DNA of 63,803 nucleotides, filler included, from Globobulimina sp. (Eukaryota): NCBI GenBank assembly GCA_003354225.1. It is 40 parts of 40 records of this genome, joined end to end, with 100 filler letters (N's around TTAATTAATTAA, not from the genome) between each part and the next. Parts side by side here need not be neighbours in the genome. Positions count along the whole stretch, not along the records: positions 12,791 to 14,288 come from PIVH01015726.1; positions 14,389 to 15,886 come from PIVH01015727.1; positions 15,987 to 17,484 come from PIVH01015728.1; positions 17,585 to 19,082 come from PIVH01015729.1; positions 19,183 to 20,680 come from PIVH01015730.1; positions 20,781 to 22,278 come from PIVH01015731.1; positions 22,379 to 23,876 come from PIVH01015732.1; positions 23,977 to 25,474 come from PIVH01015733.1; 32 more parts are not named here. One strand, 5' to 3'. Shown piece by piece: positions 12,791 to 25,637 of this stretch (position 1 is its first letter; each line of letters starts with the position of its first letter). The notes under the pieces were generated by a model. It saw only the letters and a program-made list of their open reading frames with translations, ran no database searches and was not told where the DNA came from. The position numbers and the translations under genes were made by a program.

Positions 12791-14288
12791 TTAAATCTTC
12801 TTCATCGTCGGATAATGAGTATGGCTCCAATTCACTGTCCTCGTTATTCCCAGCATCATCATCGCTGTCTGTGCTCCATACATTGGCATCATCAGCGTCC
12901 TCCTCTGCAGCTGTTTGCTTTCGCATTGCATCCAACCACGCTCTGTCCACTGTTGCTTCATTGCCAACATATGCTGTTACAATATCCTTTTCTTCTTCTT
13001 CTGGAACCTGTTTTTTTTCATCAGCTTCGGAGCCATGAGCTAGTAAAATGCATTCAAAATTATAATCAATTTTGTTGCGGTTACATGCGTGGATAATATC
13101 TATTACATTTGCAATGTCGCAGCATTTGAATTTACAATTTTCGACAGTAAAAACATTGGATAGATCAGCACCAAATGTCAATGCATTCGTATTGGGAAAC
13201 ACTTTGGAATATTGCTGCGCGACAATCATGCCACAATGCCGAATCTCTATAATATCGCTGGAGAAGCGAGACTGTACACCTTTGAATAGAAAGGGTATCA
13301 AATCCGCAGCTTGTTCCATTTTATTCAGCAGTTTTAATCTTTGTATAATAAATTCGATCAATAACACTAAAGCTCGGGTTATATATTGCTGTTGTTTGGC
13401 AGTTGAGGTTAAGACAAATGTTTTGTTCCCCCACACATTGCCAATGTCCTTTATGGTTTCAAGCATGATGCCATTGTGTCCATCGTCGCTCTCATTGTCT
13501 GCCACATCATCCAGCAGCTCATTGTCGAGAGTTAGATAATTCAGCAAAGCAATGATATAATCCATAGTATGGAGAGGCATTGTTTTGTTGATTATAAATT
13601 TATGACTTAATAGATATTCAATTTGCGTGCTGCCGTTGCGTGGCGTTAATATTTTACGCAACAAATGAATCATAAGCTTAATATTCTCAATGTAGGACAT
13701 GCTGTGATACTCATCGTTGCTGAGGATAATTAGAAACGATTCAAACCATTTTTCAAATGCTGGTAATTTGGAGAGACATTCAATCAAAACTGAGATGATA
13801 TTTATATTTATATTTGTCGTACTCGAGTGAGCTTGAGCTTGTTTGATAAAATTAATCATTGCTTTGTTCAACATCTCAACATAACCCGTTCTGACCAAAA
13901 TGGAGCAAAATGCTGCGATGCCTTTGCATAGATTTTCCAAATGTTTGTTCTGTGCAATTTTGAAGTTATTCAACTGTTTGTCAATGATGTATTGAGTGAG
14001 GATTGTGAATGATGTTTGGATTAAATATTTTATCAAAGCTTTGCGTTGGAAAAATTTATAATTTTCAAATAAGATGTTTTCAGTTTGATTGTTTGTTAAA
14101 GAAGTTAGTGAACCAAAATAATCTCTGTACAAATAAAAATATGGAGCGAATAAATCATTCAAATTAACAATGCAACGAATGTTTGCTTCGCATTGTGGTT
14201 CCACTAAATATTTATTGGTGAATTCAGTTATTTGGCTGCCCCAATCTGATAATACTATCATTAAATGTGACTGTTTTGATAACAATTG
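12791..14288 (-). CDS. TELO2: Telomere length regulation protein Tel2/TELO2, partial
   Basis: QQQYITRAL, GVQSRFSS..IR.CGMIVAQ, and acidic DSDDD...LEPYSLSDDEED segment characteristic of Tel2. Confidence 0.8.
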
Positions 14289-14438
14289 NNNNNNNNNNNN
14301 NNNNNNNNNNNNNNNNNNNNNNNNNNNNNNNNTTAATTAATTAANNNNNNNNNNNNNNNNNNNNNNNNNNNNNNNNNNNNNNNNNNNNTAAAAAGGGGAA
14401 AAGGAAAAGGAAAAAAACGAAGGATTGATTGTTGCTTT

Positions 14439-15119
14439 TTGTGTCAAGATATATTGTACTTATCATCTTTTATTATAGTTTTCTTGTATTGTGAGTATGA
14501 GCTTTTTTTGTATTGTTATAATATCGGTTTTGGTTTTTTTTGGATGGGCAAATTCAATGAATATGTTAATCAGCAAAATGTGAAATTTGCAAAACTTCAA
14601 AAAACCTATACTTTCATGGATGTTTTTGAAGGATGTTTAGGATGTCATTTGATATGGACAATCCTGGCAATCGCAGGGTCATTTCGAGCATGTACAGTTG
14701 CAAATGGTGTGTCAATGGAACAAGGAATGGAATGTTTGGGCATAAAATACCATTTACAAACTATTGCATCAATGGGAATTGTGATTGGTTCATTTGGTCT
14801 TATTCTCATTTTAATAAATATATGTTTGCCAATAATGAAATGCATCAACGTTCCAATTAACGATTCTAAATTAGACAAAGTTGTGCTTTATTCAAATATT
14901 GGCTGTTCATTTGTCATTTATTTGTTAGCTGCAGTATTTTGGATAATAATTATCCGCCTATCGCATAAATTGGAGCATTGTGGCCACATAGATGCATTTG
15001 TGGCAGTTGAAGCAATGCTTGGTATCTATCTATGGAGCTATATTCTCGTTTGTTGTTGTGGGATATTTGTTATATTGTGTATTTTGATGAATTTTGATGA
15101 ATTTTTTGATGAATTTTGA
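14439..15119 (+). CDS. Multi-pass membrane protein of unknown function
   Basis: 226-aa ORF with about 5 hydrophobic segments; start uncertain. Confidence 0.55.
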   Translation: MCQDILYLSSFIIVFLYCEYELFLYCYNIGFGFFWMGKFNEYVNQQNVKFAKLQKTYTFMDVFEGCLGCHLIWTILAIAGSFRACTVANGVSMEQGMECLGIKYHLQTIASMGIVIGSFGLILILINICLPIMKCINVPINDSKLDKVVLYSNIGCSFVIYLLAAVFWIIIIRLSHKLEHCGHIDAFVAVEAMLGIYLWSYILVCCCGIFVILCILMNFDEFFDEF

Positions 15120-15284
15120 TGAATTGTGTATTTTCTTATGCTAGAACCAAAAGAGAACACAATTATAATGTTTATTAAAAGATAACACATTGGTTTTATA
15201 GTGTTTCTCGTAACTAAAGCCCGAAAATCTATTCAGGATTAAGGTTTTTCTCAAGTTTATGCTCAAGCACTTCACTGCATACAC

Positions 15285-15886
15285 ATGGCATTTCTTCAAG
15301 AGCTTAAAGTGAAGGCAAGAAAAATGAACCCACAACAGGAAGATGCAACATTTGATCAAATGCTAACTGACCGTGCAAAGAACATAAACTGTCCAGATAT
15401 CCATTTACCAAAAAAGCAATTTAAAGCCCATGATTATAATCATATATTCCTAGATTCTAATGATAACAAAGAAGATGAAAAGAAAGATGTAACAGAGCTA
15501 AAGAAAATTCATATTGTTCATATATCAGATACGCACATGAAGCACGCAAAATTTTCACATAAAAAAATCATTCCATTTAAAAAAGGTTCGCTAAACATTC
15601 TGGTTCATAGTGGCGATTTTGCTAAAAAAGTCAAGTTAGAAAAAAATGGTGAGATTCCGGAACAAGCTCAAAAATTCAAACAATGGTTTGCTTCTCAGCC
15701 GCATCACAAAAAAATAATAATTGGAGGTAACCATGAGATTGCATTCAACCATTTGAGTAGAAATGAAATAAAAGCAAAAATATTCAATGATCCACACGTC
15801 ACATATTTGCAGGATGAAAGTATAAATTTGTATGGAATTCATATGTATGGCACTCCGTGGACGAGTTCTAGAAAAATGGGTTTCCG
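15285..15886 (+). CDS. Metallophosphoesterase (MPPED1/2-like), partial
   Basis: HISDTH, LVHSGD, GNHE and YGTPW motifs. Confidence 0.9.
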
Positions 15887-16219
15887 NNNNNNNNNNNNNN
15901 NNNNNNNNNNNNNNNNNNNNNNNNNNNNNNTTAATTAATTAANNNNNNNNNNNNNNNNNNNNNNNNNNNNNNNNNNNNNNNNNNNNATCTTGTTTTCAAT
16001 TTTCATGTTTTGAAATTGGATCAGCGCTGAAATGTGGAAATCGGAAATATTTACATCCAATAACAGATGTGTAAAAATATTAATTTCATATTAACTAAAA
16101 CATAGTTCTGATTTATAAGTGATATTATGTTTATTTTTTGGTTTTTCTCAGTCAGAAAGTGCATATGTATATGTTTGAACAAAGACCCACGTTTCTCAAC
16201 AGTTGGAATCACAGCCTTG

Positions 16220-17484
16220 TCAGTTGTCAGTAGTCAATTGGATCGGATCCGGAATTAATGCGTCATGATCAAATATTATATTTCTTAATTCTTGATTCGA
16301 ATCAAGCATATTATTCATAATATTATTCAATTCATTCTCATTTTGAACATTTATATTCTCATTATTACTAATCATGGAACATGGCAAATTCCTCTTTATT
16401 AATAAACTCTTGCTTTTCGACAATTTTCTCATCGATTTCAGCTCATTTTCAGTTTCTGCAAATTTATCCGCCAAATCGCGAATATTTTCAGCAATTTTAT
16501 TTCGTTGATTTCGTATTTTCTTAATACTTAAATTAATAGTTTTACTGTTATCCAATTCTTTAATTTGCTTTGAATATTTATTTTTTACTCTATGTTTTCT
16601 TTGAACCATTTGTTGCATCATTGTTTCAGAAATTTGTTTTTGTTTTTTTGGGTCTCTCGTTTGTAACTTTTGTGGAATTATCCTAACTCCCAATCTTTTC
16701 ATCTCTTGAATGGACGATTCCGCATTATTTGGTCTCATCGTAATATTTGAAATTTGTTTATTTATCGTTTTTAGCTCAGTTTGCTTTCGTTTTTTTAATA
16801 ATCGTTGTTTTTCAAATATTAATTTTTGTTGGTTTTCTAATCCAAGTATCTGCTGATTGCATCTTTTTAATTCCATTGTTTTCTGTTTCAAACTCTTTCC
16901 AAGTTTTTTTTGTTCCTTTTTTTTGGCAGAAATATGTTGGGAAATATTACCTGAAATGGATGCATTTTCTAAGTTTAAATCCACAATTTGTGTTTTGCTA
17001 ACTTTGGTTGTGTGTATATTGATTATGTTATTTGTTATCAAATCGGACTCTTGTTTTTCCTTTTTATCCACAATTAATGGTAATGGCGAATGTGAAGGAC
17101 CTGATTCTTTCTCCATTTGTTTGGATTTGCAAAATAAATCTGATATTGCATCATACGAATTATTTGATGATATGTTGAATTCATCATTCTCCAAATTTGC
17201 ATCAATAGTTTTTGTTATCAATTTTTTGCGTAAAATAGACTCAATTTGCTTGTATAATATGTTTTGGTCATCCTTTGGATTAATATTTGTATTTGTATGT
17301 GTATTTGTATCTGTATTTGCATTGCTTGATTGGTTTGATTCGGATAACAAAGAATTAATTGCATACAAATGTTTTTGTAATAAGAAAGAATGTTTTTCAT
17401 ATTTATCCATTGCTTTATTCAATTTATAATGGGTTTGGTTGCATTTCTCAATGGTTTGTATTATTATTGACAACTTTGTGGATG
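16220..17484 (-). CDS. Coiled-coil protein of unknown function, 5' partial
   Basis: 417+ aa open frame, K/Q/E/N-rich heptads. Confidence 0.6.
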
Positions 17485-18498
17485 NNNNNNNNNNNNNNNN
17501 NNNNNNNNNNNNNNNNNNNNNNNNNNNNTTAATTAATTAANNNNNNNNNNNNNNNNNNNNNNNNNNNNNNNNNNNNNNNNNNNNCACTGTAAGGTGATGA
17601 AGGATCGTGGATGGCCAACTACAACAAGAGAATTTTTGTCAAAACTCAGCAAATCGGGACGTTTTGATGAACTAAGTATGTTATACTCTTAACAGAACAT
17701 TATTTCGTTCTTCAAAAATATATGATCACAGTGAATCCTTTCATTTCAAGAGTTAAAAATATCCATGATTTTCCATTGAAGGCGTTGGATTTATTTGAAG
17801 GTTCATATCCATATTATATTACAGAAAGGATAATGAAATCGAATCCATATACCGCAAATGTTCTAGAAAACATCATTTTAGTATTATGGTTCATTTTTTT
17901 GTAATTTTTTTCAGTAGACATATGCGCTGAAGCTGACCAAGACAATGTTTCTGATGATGGTAATGAACAAATATCAACCATCTGGACTCCTATTGATCTC
18001 CAATATTATTTCTTACAGATTCTGATAGTGATTCTGATAATGAAGGATTGGATTGTGATAATGAAGGAGCTCCATGTGGTAATGTTGAAACGACTGCTCA
18101 AAATCCCAGTCATTATGATGGACCTATAACTCGCAGACGTCAAGGTAAAATAATTTTTATTAGAAATTCAAAATAAAAACTGATAAAATTGTTGCAGAGC
18201 AGACAAACATGATGATGGATATGCAAAAAAAACTTATAAAGGCAGCTTCAGAAAAAGGTATACTTTTTAAGTTTTCTACATCTACCCGCAAATAGTAAAG
18301 TCTGTTTATAATTATAGCATAGTTATGTCGGTGTCCATTCTAAAAAATGGTGAACCAAACATGACCGATTCAAACACTAAATGACTCATGTGGTCTGTTT
18401 GTTTGCCATAATCACTAAATGTAGGAATGAATTTACATTGATTGACAAGAGCACAATTTTTTTACTTTTTACCATCTGACTGTTTACTGTCTATAGAT

Positions 18499-19082
18499 GA
18501 TGGCGATGACAGCTTAAGTAGCAAAATAATGGCGCGTGTCGATGTTTCTCAGAAATTGGGTGATGCTTTCTGTACCAAGAACATTGGCCGAAGTAAACGC
18601 ATTTGTGCATGGTCACGTGGTCACTTTTTTATTGTTGCTCCATGTGGACACATTCATCTTTGGGAACCATTGTATGGGTATGTTGTCAACTTATCAAGGT
18701 TTTACCCATAATTGCCATGAAAAAGAAATATTGTCATGATGCCCAATTAACTTAGATAGCAAATAATAAACTGTATTTTTTTGCGTGAGCAAAATTAGCA
18801 AGTAAATTATTTGCAGATCTGAGAGTCCATCCCAAGCATTTGTCATCATGCTAACACATTTGGTTCATGCACTAAAGGACACAGATCCATCAGAATGGGG
18901 CAACTATACAATGGTTTATGATAACATATGCCATGTCGATGATATGTTAGTGGCACGGGAACCATTGCCATTAAATTCAGATTCTGGTGAAAAGCTTTTT
19001 GACAAGCCAATGAATGAAGTTTGGATTAAAATAAATAAAGTATATTTACTTCTGAATATTCATTTATTGACAAAGTTGATTT
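18499..19082 (+). mobile_element. KDZ (Kyakuja-Dileera-Zisupton)/CxC-associated transposase-like core, spliced, partial
   Basis: CTKNIGRS..WSRGHFFIVAPCGHIHLWEPLYG, intron 18678-18816, then SESPSQAF...VYDNICHVD. Further short exons are likely at 17585-18260. Confidence 0.5.
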
Positions 19083-19183
19083 NNNNNNNNNNNNNNNNNN
19101 NNNNNNNNNNNNNNNNNNNNNNNNNNTTAATTAATTAANNNNNNNNNNNNNNNNNNNNNNNNNNNNNNNNNNNNNNNNNNNNA

Positions 19184-20680
19184 GCGACGAACATCGAGGC
19201 AATGAATGAGTTATTATCCTTCCTTGAAAATGATGAGTATGAAACAGACAGTATTTATCAGGATATTTACGAGTATCATCAATCCAATATTTTAGTGTTT
19301 GCGGCGGATGAAAATGGGGCAAACAAAATATTTAAAAGTGCGGTTTTCGAAATCGATCAACAAGCAATGTTATACAGTGCCGGCGTTAGGTATTTTTACT
19401 GGGATTATTATAAAATTAATGGGAACAGAGAATGGAATGTATTATGGACAGCAGGCAATGGACAACCGACAGTTGAGGGCAACGCGGGGTATTTAATCAT
19501 TGATTGGTTCGTAGAAAAGAAATACATGAATTTGAAAGAAGAGGCATTAAATAACAAAGCCAGCACCTTTTCAATATTCCAATACGAAGACACATTCGAA
19601 AAAGCACAAATTAAATTAAATCATTGGTTAAAAGCCGAAGATGCAACACCTTTGTTAGCACAGCATAAATGGCATGAATTAGATGCATTTTCTGAGAAAG
19701 TGTATGGAATAAAACAAAATGAACTGATAAAAATTGAGCATATTATGTCATTGATGATGTATTGTAATTTTACGGTGCATTCCGCCGCCTTTTCAGGGAC
19801 ATATCGAAAAAAGGCTGTGTATGAGACAGATTTGGAAATGAAAGAGAGACATCGCGAAGTTTATCATTGGGCGCGGAGTCTGCGTGAATGTGTGGAATGT
19901 TATGGTGAACGTATGAGAGATAGTGATATTTGGATGTTTTATCACGGCGTATCTTCGACGATGTTATTTGATAGCACTACCATTCGATTATGCGGCCCTT
20001 TGTCCACAACCACAGATTTCACCATTGCATGGTCAATATTTGGCGCAGAGGGAATCGTATTGGATTTAAAAAATAGTAATGGTGCGGCTGTCTTTATGGA
20101 TGCAAATTTTTGGACCTCGTTTGCCAATGAAGATGAACGATTATTTATTGGCGGACTACAAAACTTAACATTTGATACAATTCGAAATATTCCCTCCAAA
20201 CAAAATTTTAAACGTTTAATAAAAGTTATTAATATTTTGGATGAGATGACTGTGGGATATCCATTGGTTGGTATTATTAGTAAACCAAATAAAGGCGACG
20301 TAAATACATTATTGAGATTAATAAATGGTGAAATTGCAGATATTTATTTGGAGAAACCATATAAATCCGATATTCCTCAATATATTTCACAATTATTTCA
20401 TCAATTTATTACTCAGAAAAAAGACATAAATATAAATTATGTTCTTGTTGATAAACATTTTCTTTATCATGATGATGAGTGGGAATGTGATTTTTATGGA
20501 TTTGGTAAATTTAAACAAATATTTGTGTCCTCCTCAAAGACAGAAACCATGAAAATATCATTATTTATTCAATTATGTCCAAACTTAGTTTCATTTACAA
20601 TCTTAAATGAATGGGGAAAATATAAGCCATCAATACATTTAAATGAAGATTTTGTATTTGAGATAATGTGCTGTATTGAT
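19184..20680 (+). CDS. ADP-ribosyltransferase-fold protein (H-S-E variant), partial
   Basis: FYHGV (~19937-19950), GPLSTT (~19994-20011), SFANEDERLF (~20117-20147); upstream family motifs LKEE.LNN and HIMSLMMYCNF..FS.TYR. Confidence 0.7.
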
Positions 20681-21352
20681 NNNNNNNNNNNNNNNNNNNN
20701 NNNNNNNNNNNNNNNNNNNNNNNNTTAATTAATTAANNNNNNNNNNNNNNNNNNNNNNNNNNNNNNNNNNNNNNNNNNNNATGGGAATAGAAAGAATTTA
20801 GCGGCTAAATTACCATTATTTCAGTTATTGGAGGATAGGACGCATAAAACTGATAAAAGTAGAGATGTTGGACAATCAAATCAGGAGCAAATAGTGGAAG
20901 ATTTGGGACATGAAATACAAATAACTACAAAAGAAAATATAATCGTAGAAGTTGAGGATGTTGATGTGGAGGATTTTGATGTTGTAACTGGCAAAGTTGA
21001 AGCTGCAAAAAAAAGGAAAAAAATGAGTACATTGGATGAAAACGATGAATACGAACCAAATATAAAACATATAGATATGAATGAAGCGATTGAGATTGAA
21101 GTCATTCAAGAAATAGGAACAGAAAATAACGAGGAAAATAAAGAACATGTACAAGATTTATTGCATGTGAATAAGGAGAACCTACAACAAAATGATTTTG
21201 TGAATGTTACAACTGAGTCCTAACTCATTGATTGCCGTCGCTATTTTTTTGTTTTGGTGTGTTGCGGACTTACGATGTATTGTTTTCATAAATATATTAG
21301 TTATCTTGTTCAAATTCTGATATTTATAATCTTGAAATTTCGGATCGAGAGA

Positions 21353-21844
21353 TTATATTCCATCATTTATGCTATATTTATGCTTTTGTAAGTATTCAAC
21401 AATAGCATTGTCCGCAGGCGATAACATTTCAAAATACATCAAGTCTTCCAATGCATCCATTGTTACCCATCCACAATCCTGATGTTCTTGTGTTAATTGA
21501 ATATGTCCATTTATATGATGCACTAAGAAGACATTTAAATCAATGATTGGTTTTTCTTGTTGCAGTGGTACGTATTGTGAATTGAATAAGAATTTTTTGA
21601 TATCGAATTGGAATTCTTGACCTAACTCTTCTTTTATTTCGCGTAATAATGCAGCTTCTATCGATGCATCTGTGGTATCTACTTTACCACCAATGTGTTC
21701 CCATAACTCCGCATTTGAGGATTGTTTTGATCGTTGGCCAATTAGCATTTCCATTTTGCGGGGATTATACACTGATCCATTCACGATGCTGCTTTTATGA
21801 ATTATGATTCCTGTCGCTATGTTTAATATTTTCCTAGTTGACAT
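21353..21844 (-). CDS. Nudix hydrolase (MutT-like)
   Basis: Nudix box GGKVDTTDASIEAALLREIKEELG; EH..GW downstream. Confidence 0.92.
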   Translation of the reverse strand: MSTRKILNIATGIIIHKSSIVNGSVYNPRKMEMLIGQRSKQSSNAELWEHIGGKVDTTDASIEAALLREIKEELGQEFQFDIKKFLFNSQYVPLQQEKPIIDLNVFLVHHINGHIQLTQEHQDCGWVTMDALEDLMYFEMLSPADNAIVEYLQKHKYSINDGI

Positions 21845-22390
21845 GTTTCAGTAATCATAAAGGGGTTGGAAAACGTCGACAGTATACATTCGTTTCTGTA
21901 TTCCAAACCCACGGTGCACCACTTTTACGACCCTTTAAGATTACTGAAACCTGGTCTAAGTTTTTACTTATTAACAAAAAAAAATGTGTAATATAATTTA
22001 CACTCTGATCTATGTACAATATGATTGTATACATTAAGGCACTAGTAAATGTTTTTCAATGTTTGTTTAGATATTAGCATAGTCTCAATTTCGGTCATTA
22101 TATTTCCCATTTGTTGTGTATTCATCATTTCAATCTCATAAACTGGTATGTTTCTGTTTTTATCTTGATTAATCTCCAGAAAACGTTCCCTAATATATTC
22201 AAAATTATGCTTGTAAACAACTGGCAAAAAGAGTTCATTCAAACTATAATATTTGCCACAAAGATATATTATATCCATNNNNNNNNNNNNNNNNNNNNNN
22301 NNNNNNNNNNNNNNNNNNNNNNTTAATTAATTAANNNNNNNNNNNNNNNNNNNNNNNNNNNNNNNNNNNNNNNNNNNNTCTCATTTTTAG

Positions 22391-22534
22391 GCTTTGAATT
22401 CAGAAAGAACGTATTCTGTATGGATGGGTGGATCTATATTAGCAGAATTGTCCGGTTTTGAGGAAATGTGGATTTCCAAAGAAGAATATGATGAACATGG
22501 ACCATCGATTGTTCATCGAAAATGTATAAATTGA
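22391..22534 (+). CDS. Actin or actin-related protein, last exon
   Basis: [42 protein letters not shown] following a TTTAG acceptor. Confidence 0.9.
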   Translation, partial: ALNSERTYSVWMGGSILAELSGFEEMWISKEEYDEHGPSIVHRKCIN

Positions 22535-22621
22535 CCAAAAACTGTACAAAAGTTTTTTTAAGATTTAATTAAAAACACCAAAAAATTTAGGCGCTTTACT
22601 TCAACAATACCGTCTTGCCTC

Positions 22622-23876
22622 ATGCAGTTCCAAAATTACGATTACACCCAGCCATTCCAACCAAAACCAGACCTTTACGATGGAATGGTAGTATATAACA
22701 AAGAACACGGTCTAAAAACCGAACGTGACGAGCGATATGACGCAGGGATGGATTTAGGCTCTCCTGAAACCGCCGACATTCGTATCGTATCCTTAGGCCA
22801 CGCCGGTGTGGGATTATCCTCTTTCATTTTGAAAGCAGTCTATAACGAATATAGCGAAGAACCATGGAACAACAACTTATTATCGTGGGACCAGCATCAA
22901 TTTGAATACGTCTATGAAAACGAGAAAATTCGCATCGCCTTCAGCGATTTGAAAGGCTTTGACTCCGCCGTCAATAAATCAGATATGAATGAGTCCATTC
23001 AGAAAGCCTTGGAAGATTCCAACGTGGTCTTATTATTTTATTCCACCACCGCACCGCACTCATTTTCCACCGATTACGGCATCCAAGAAATCACTCAACG
23101 CGTTGACCGAAACCTCTCACTTTTAAATCAACGCAAAATTGTTCTATTAATCGGCACCAAAACAGACTTAAACGCTGATAACGAGCAACCAATCACCACC
23201 CAGCAAGGCCAGGATTTGGCCAATCAATTTGGCGAAATCCCTTTCTTCGAAATCTCAAACAAAACTGGCGAGAATATCACGCAAGTTATGGACCAAATTT
23301 GTGACATTTACAAGTACGATTCGGCCAATTACGGCTCTGCGAATCCTATGCAACCGACCACAAACACCGCAGCAGCCCAACTTGTACCAGGTCCAGACGG
23401 TGACGGTGACGATGAGTATAAATTAGCGCTGGCCATCGACGACGATGCAGACGAGGACGACGCTGCATTTGTCATCAAAGACAAATTGACATTCAGTCCG
23501 CATTGTTGTTGCTGTTCCTGGATCGAACATTGTTTATTGAACTATGAGTGTTGCGGCACTTTCTGTGGTGGTTTATGTTACGTTCCCTTCATGTTCCTCT
23601 TGTACTTATTGTGGTTGCTGCAGATCCCAATCACTTTGCTCATCAACTTAGTGGCGTTTATTTTCTGTTGCAATTTCTGTAAATGCGAGTTCTGCCGCGG
23701 CGCTCTATTCATTGCGGACGACGAAAGTGTGCCCAATGCGCATGACGGCGTTATGTTGCATACGGCGCAATCCATACGGGATTTGCATGTGCAAAATGCG
23801 CCCATTTTGTTGCAACCCAACAGTCCGTCGCAGGAAACCGAAGTTGGCCATGGCGCCGGCGCTGATTTTGGGGCTG
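22622..23876 (+). CDS. Ras-superfamily GTPase-like domain (degenerate G1/G3) fused to a Cys-rich transmembrane region, partial
   Basis: GHAGVGLSS, FSDLKG, LIGTKTDL, FFEISNKTGENI; then CCCC/CC-rich hydrophobic helices. Confidence 0.75.
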
Positions 23877-23976
23877 NNNNNNNNNNNNNNNNNNNNNNNN
23901 NNNNNNNNNNNNNNNNNNNNTTAATTAATTAANNNNNNNNNNNNNNNNNNNNNNNNNNNNNNNNNNNNNNNNNNNN

Positions 23977-25474
23977 GGGACATTTTATAAACATTAAAAG
24001 TAAAGCAACCAACCAAGAAAGCCGACATTGTAGCAGATCAAATCAAAAATATTAAAAGGACCAATGCCTTCGTTAAATATGAATTAAAAAATGGCGAAAT
24101 ATGGGATTGCCGCATTGATAAAATTAAATTAGAAGAAATGGCAAGAAACTTGAAGGAATATAGAGAGATATGGGAGGTGGAGAATTCCTGCAAAATTAGC
24201 AATGTTACGGTGTCATCGAATTCCCTCAATATCTATAGCCCAGTCAGCAAATTCATAAATTTGATTATCGGAAAGCATCCGGACTATGCGAAGGCGATTA
24301 GAATCATTTATCAGAACACCAATACCCATCATCCAATGCATAGATTGGTGATACATCATTTAATCCCATCAACGATAGTTATTAATAATAAAACACTGTT
24401 GCATTTGGATCCTATCATTGGATCAAACACAGAGACGATGCTAATGGACCTCGATTGGGACATACCGTATCCGCGATATTTGTATAATGATATTGAAATA
24501 ATGTATGTTAAAAAATGCCTACGATGGCGCCCTGTAAAAAAATGCCTACGATGGCGCTAATTTATTCCAGACTGCTCAGACCACATTCCCATTATCACGA
24601 GCTTTGAGGTGGAGAACGTTTTTGGTTTTAGCGAGACAAAAAAAACCTGGAACATCTCAAATCAGAAAAAATGGACAAAATATTCAGAATCCCTGGAAAT
24701 AAATATAAATGATACTATTTTTGATAATGATCCAAATATATACACAGAACAATTGACTTATTTAATATTATTTACTGCAGAACAGTCAATTGGATATAAA
24801 CACTATTACAGAGGACATAAACCATGGTGGAATAACAAAATAAAGAAACTAAAAAAACAATGCAAACGAATTAGAAGAAGAATACAAAGAATAAAAAAGA
24901 ATGCTAAACGGAAATGCACGGACTTCCATATATTTCACCGATACATAACTCTTAAAAGTAAATTGAACAAATTGCAATCAAAAAAATGCAATGCTATAAT
25001 CACAGCAAAGTCCGATTATAATCTCCGTATAAATAAATATATCCAGACTTGCAAGGACTATGGAAGGCGATTCTGGCGAACAATTTCAAATAATAAATCT
25101 AATAATATCAACACAAATAATATTCCCCCATTAAACTTTAAAAATGAATCAAATATTACTGATCTACATAAACAGGCCAAAGTATTACAAGAGGCCATGA
25201 CGAGACCACCAAAACCTGAAACTAATCAAACCCATAAAAATTAGCATAATTATATAGATAAATATGTCCCGGAATATCTACAAAATCATCGAAATAATAA
25301 TATAATAAATGAAAATGATATGAATAATATAATGCAAAATAAACGTAATCAAAATATCCAATCAAACATAAGAAACCCTTCACAAATAAATACAGAGATC
25401 CCTATAATGGATAATAATTATCAACTATTAAATGATCCGATCCTGGCATATGAAATCCGGTCAGTTATACGTGA
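23977..25474 (+). mobile_element. Non-LTR (LINE-like) retrotransposon fragment, likely degenerate
   Basis: APE C-terminal SDHIPI (~24576-24593), linker KPWWN and FWRTI, pre-RT LNDPILAYEI; in-frame TAG 25242-25244; ~22-bp duplication at ~24510-24557. Confidence 0.75.
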
Positions 25475-25637
25475 NNNNNNNNNNNNNNNNNNNNNNNNNN
25501 NNNNNNNNNNNNNNNNNNTTAATTAATTAANNNNNNNNNNNNNNNNNNNNNNNNNNNNNNNNNNNNNNNNNNNNCTCAACAAAAACACAGATACACAGTA
25601 CACACATCCACACACAACATAGGCCGGCAATGATGCC

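Noticed and set aside
25242-25244. In-frame stops (here TAG; TGA at 53689) as evidence of an alternative nuclear genetic code
   Set aside because: They occur in decayed sequences with other lesions, while conserved genes read through without stops and end at TAA or TGA.
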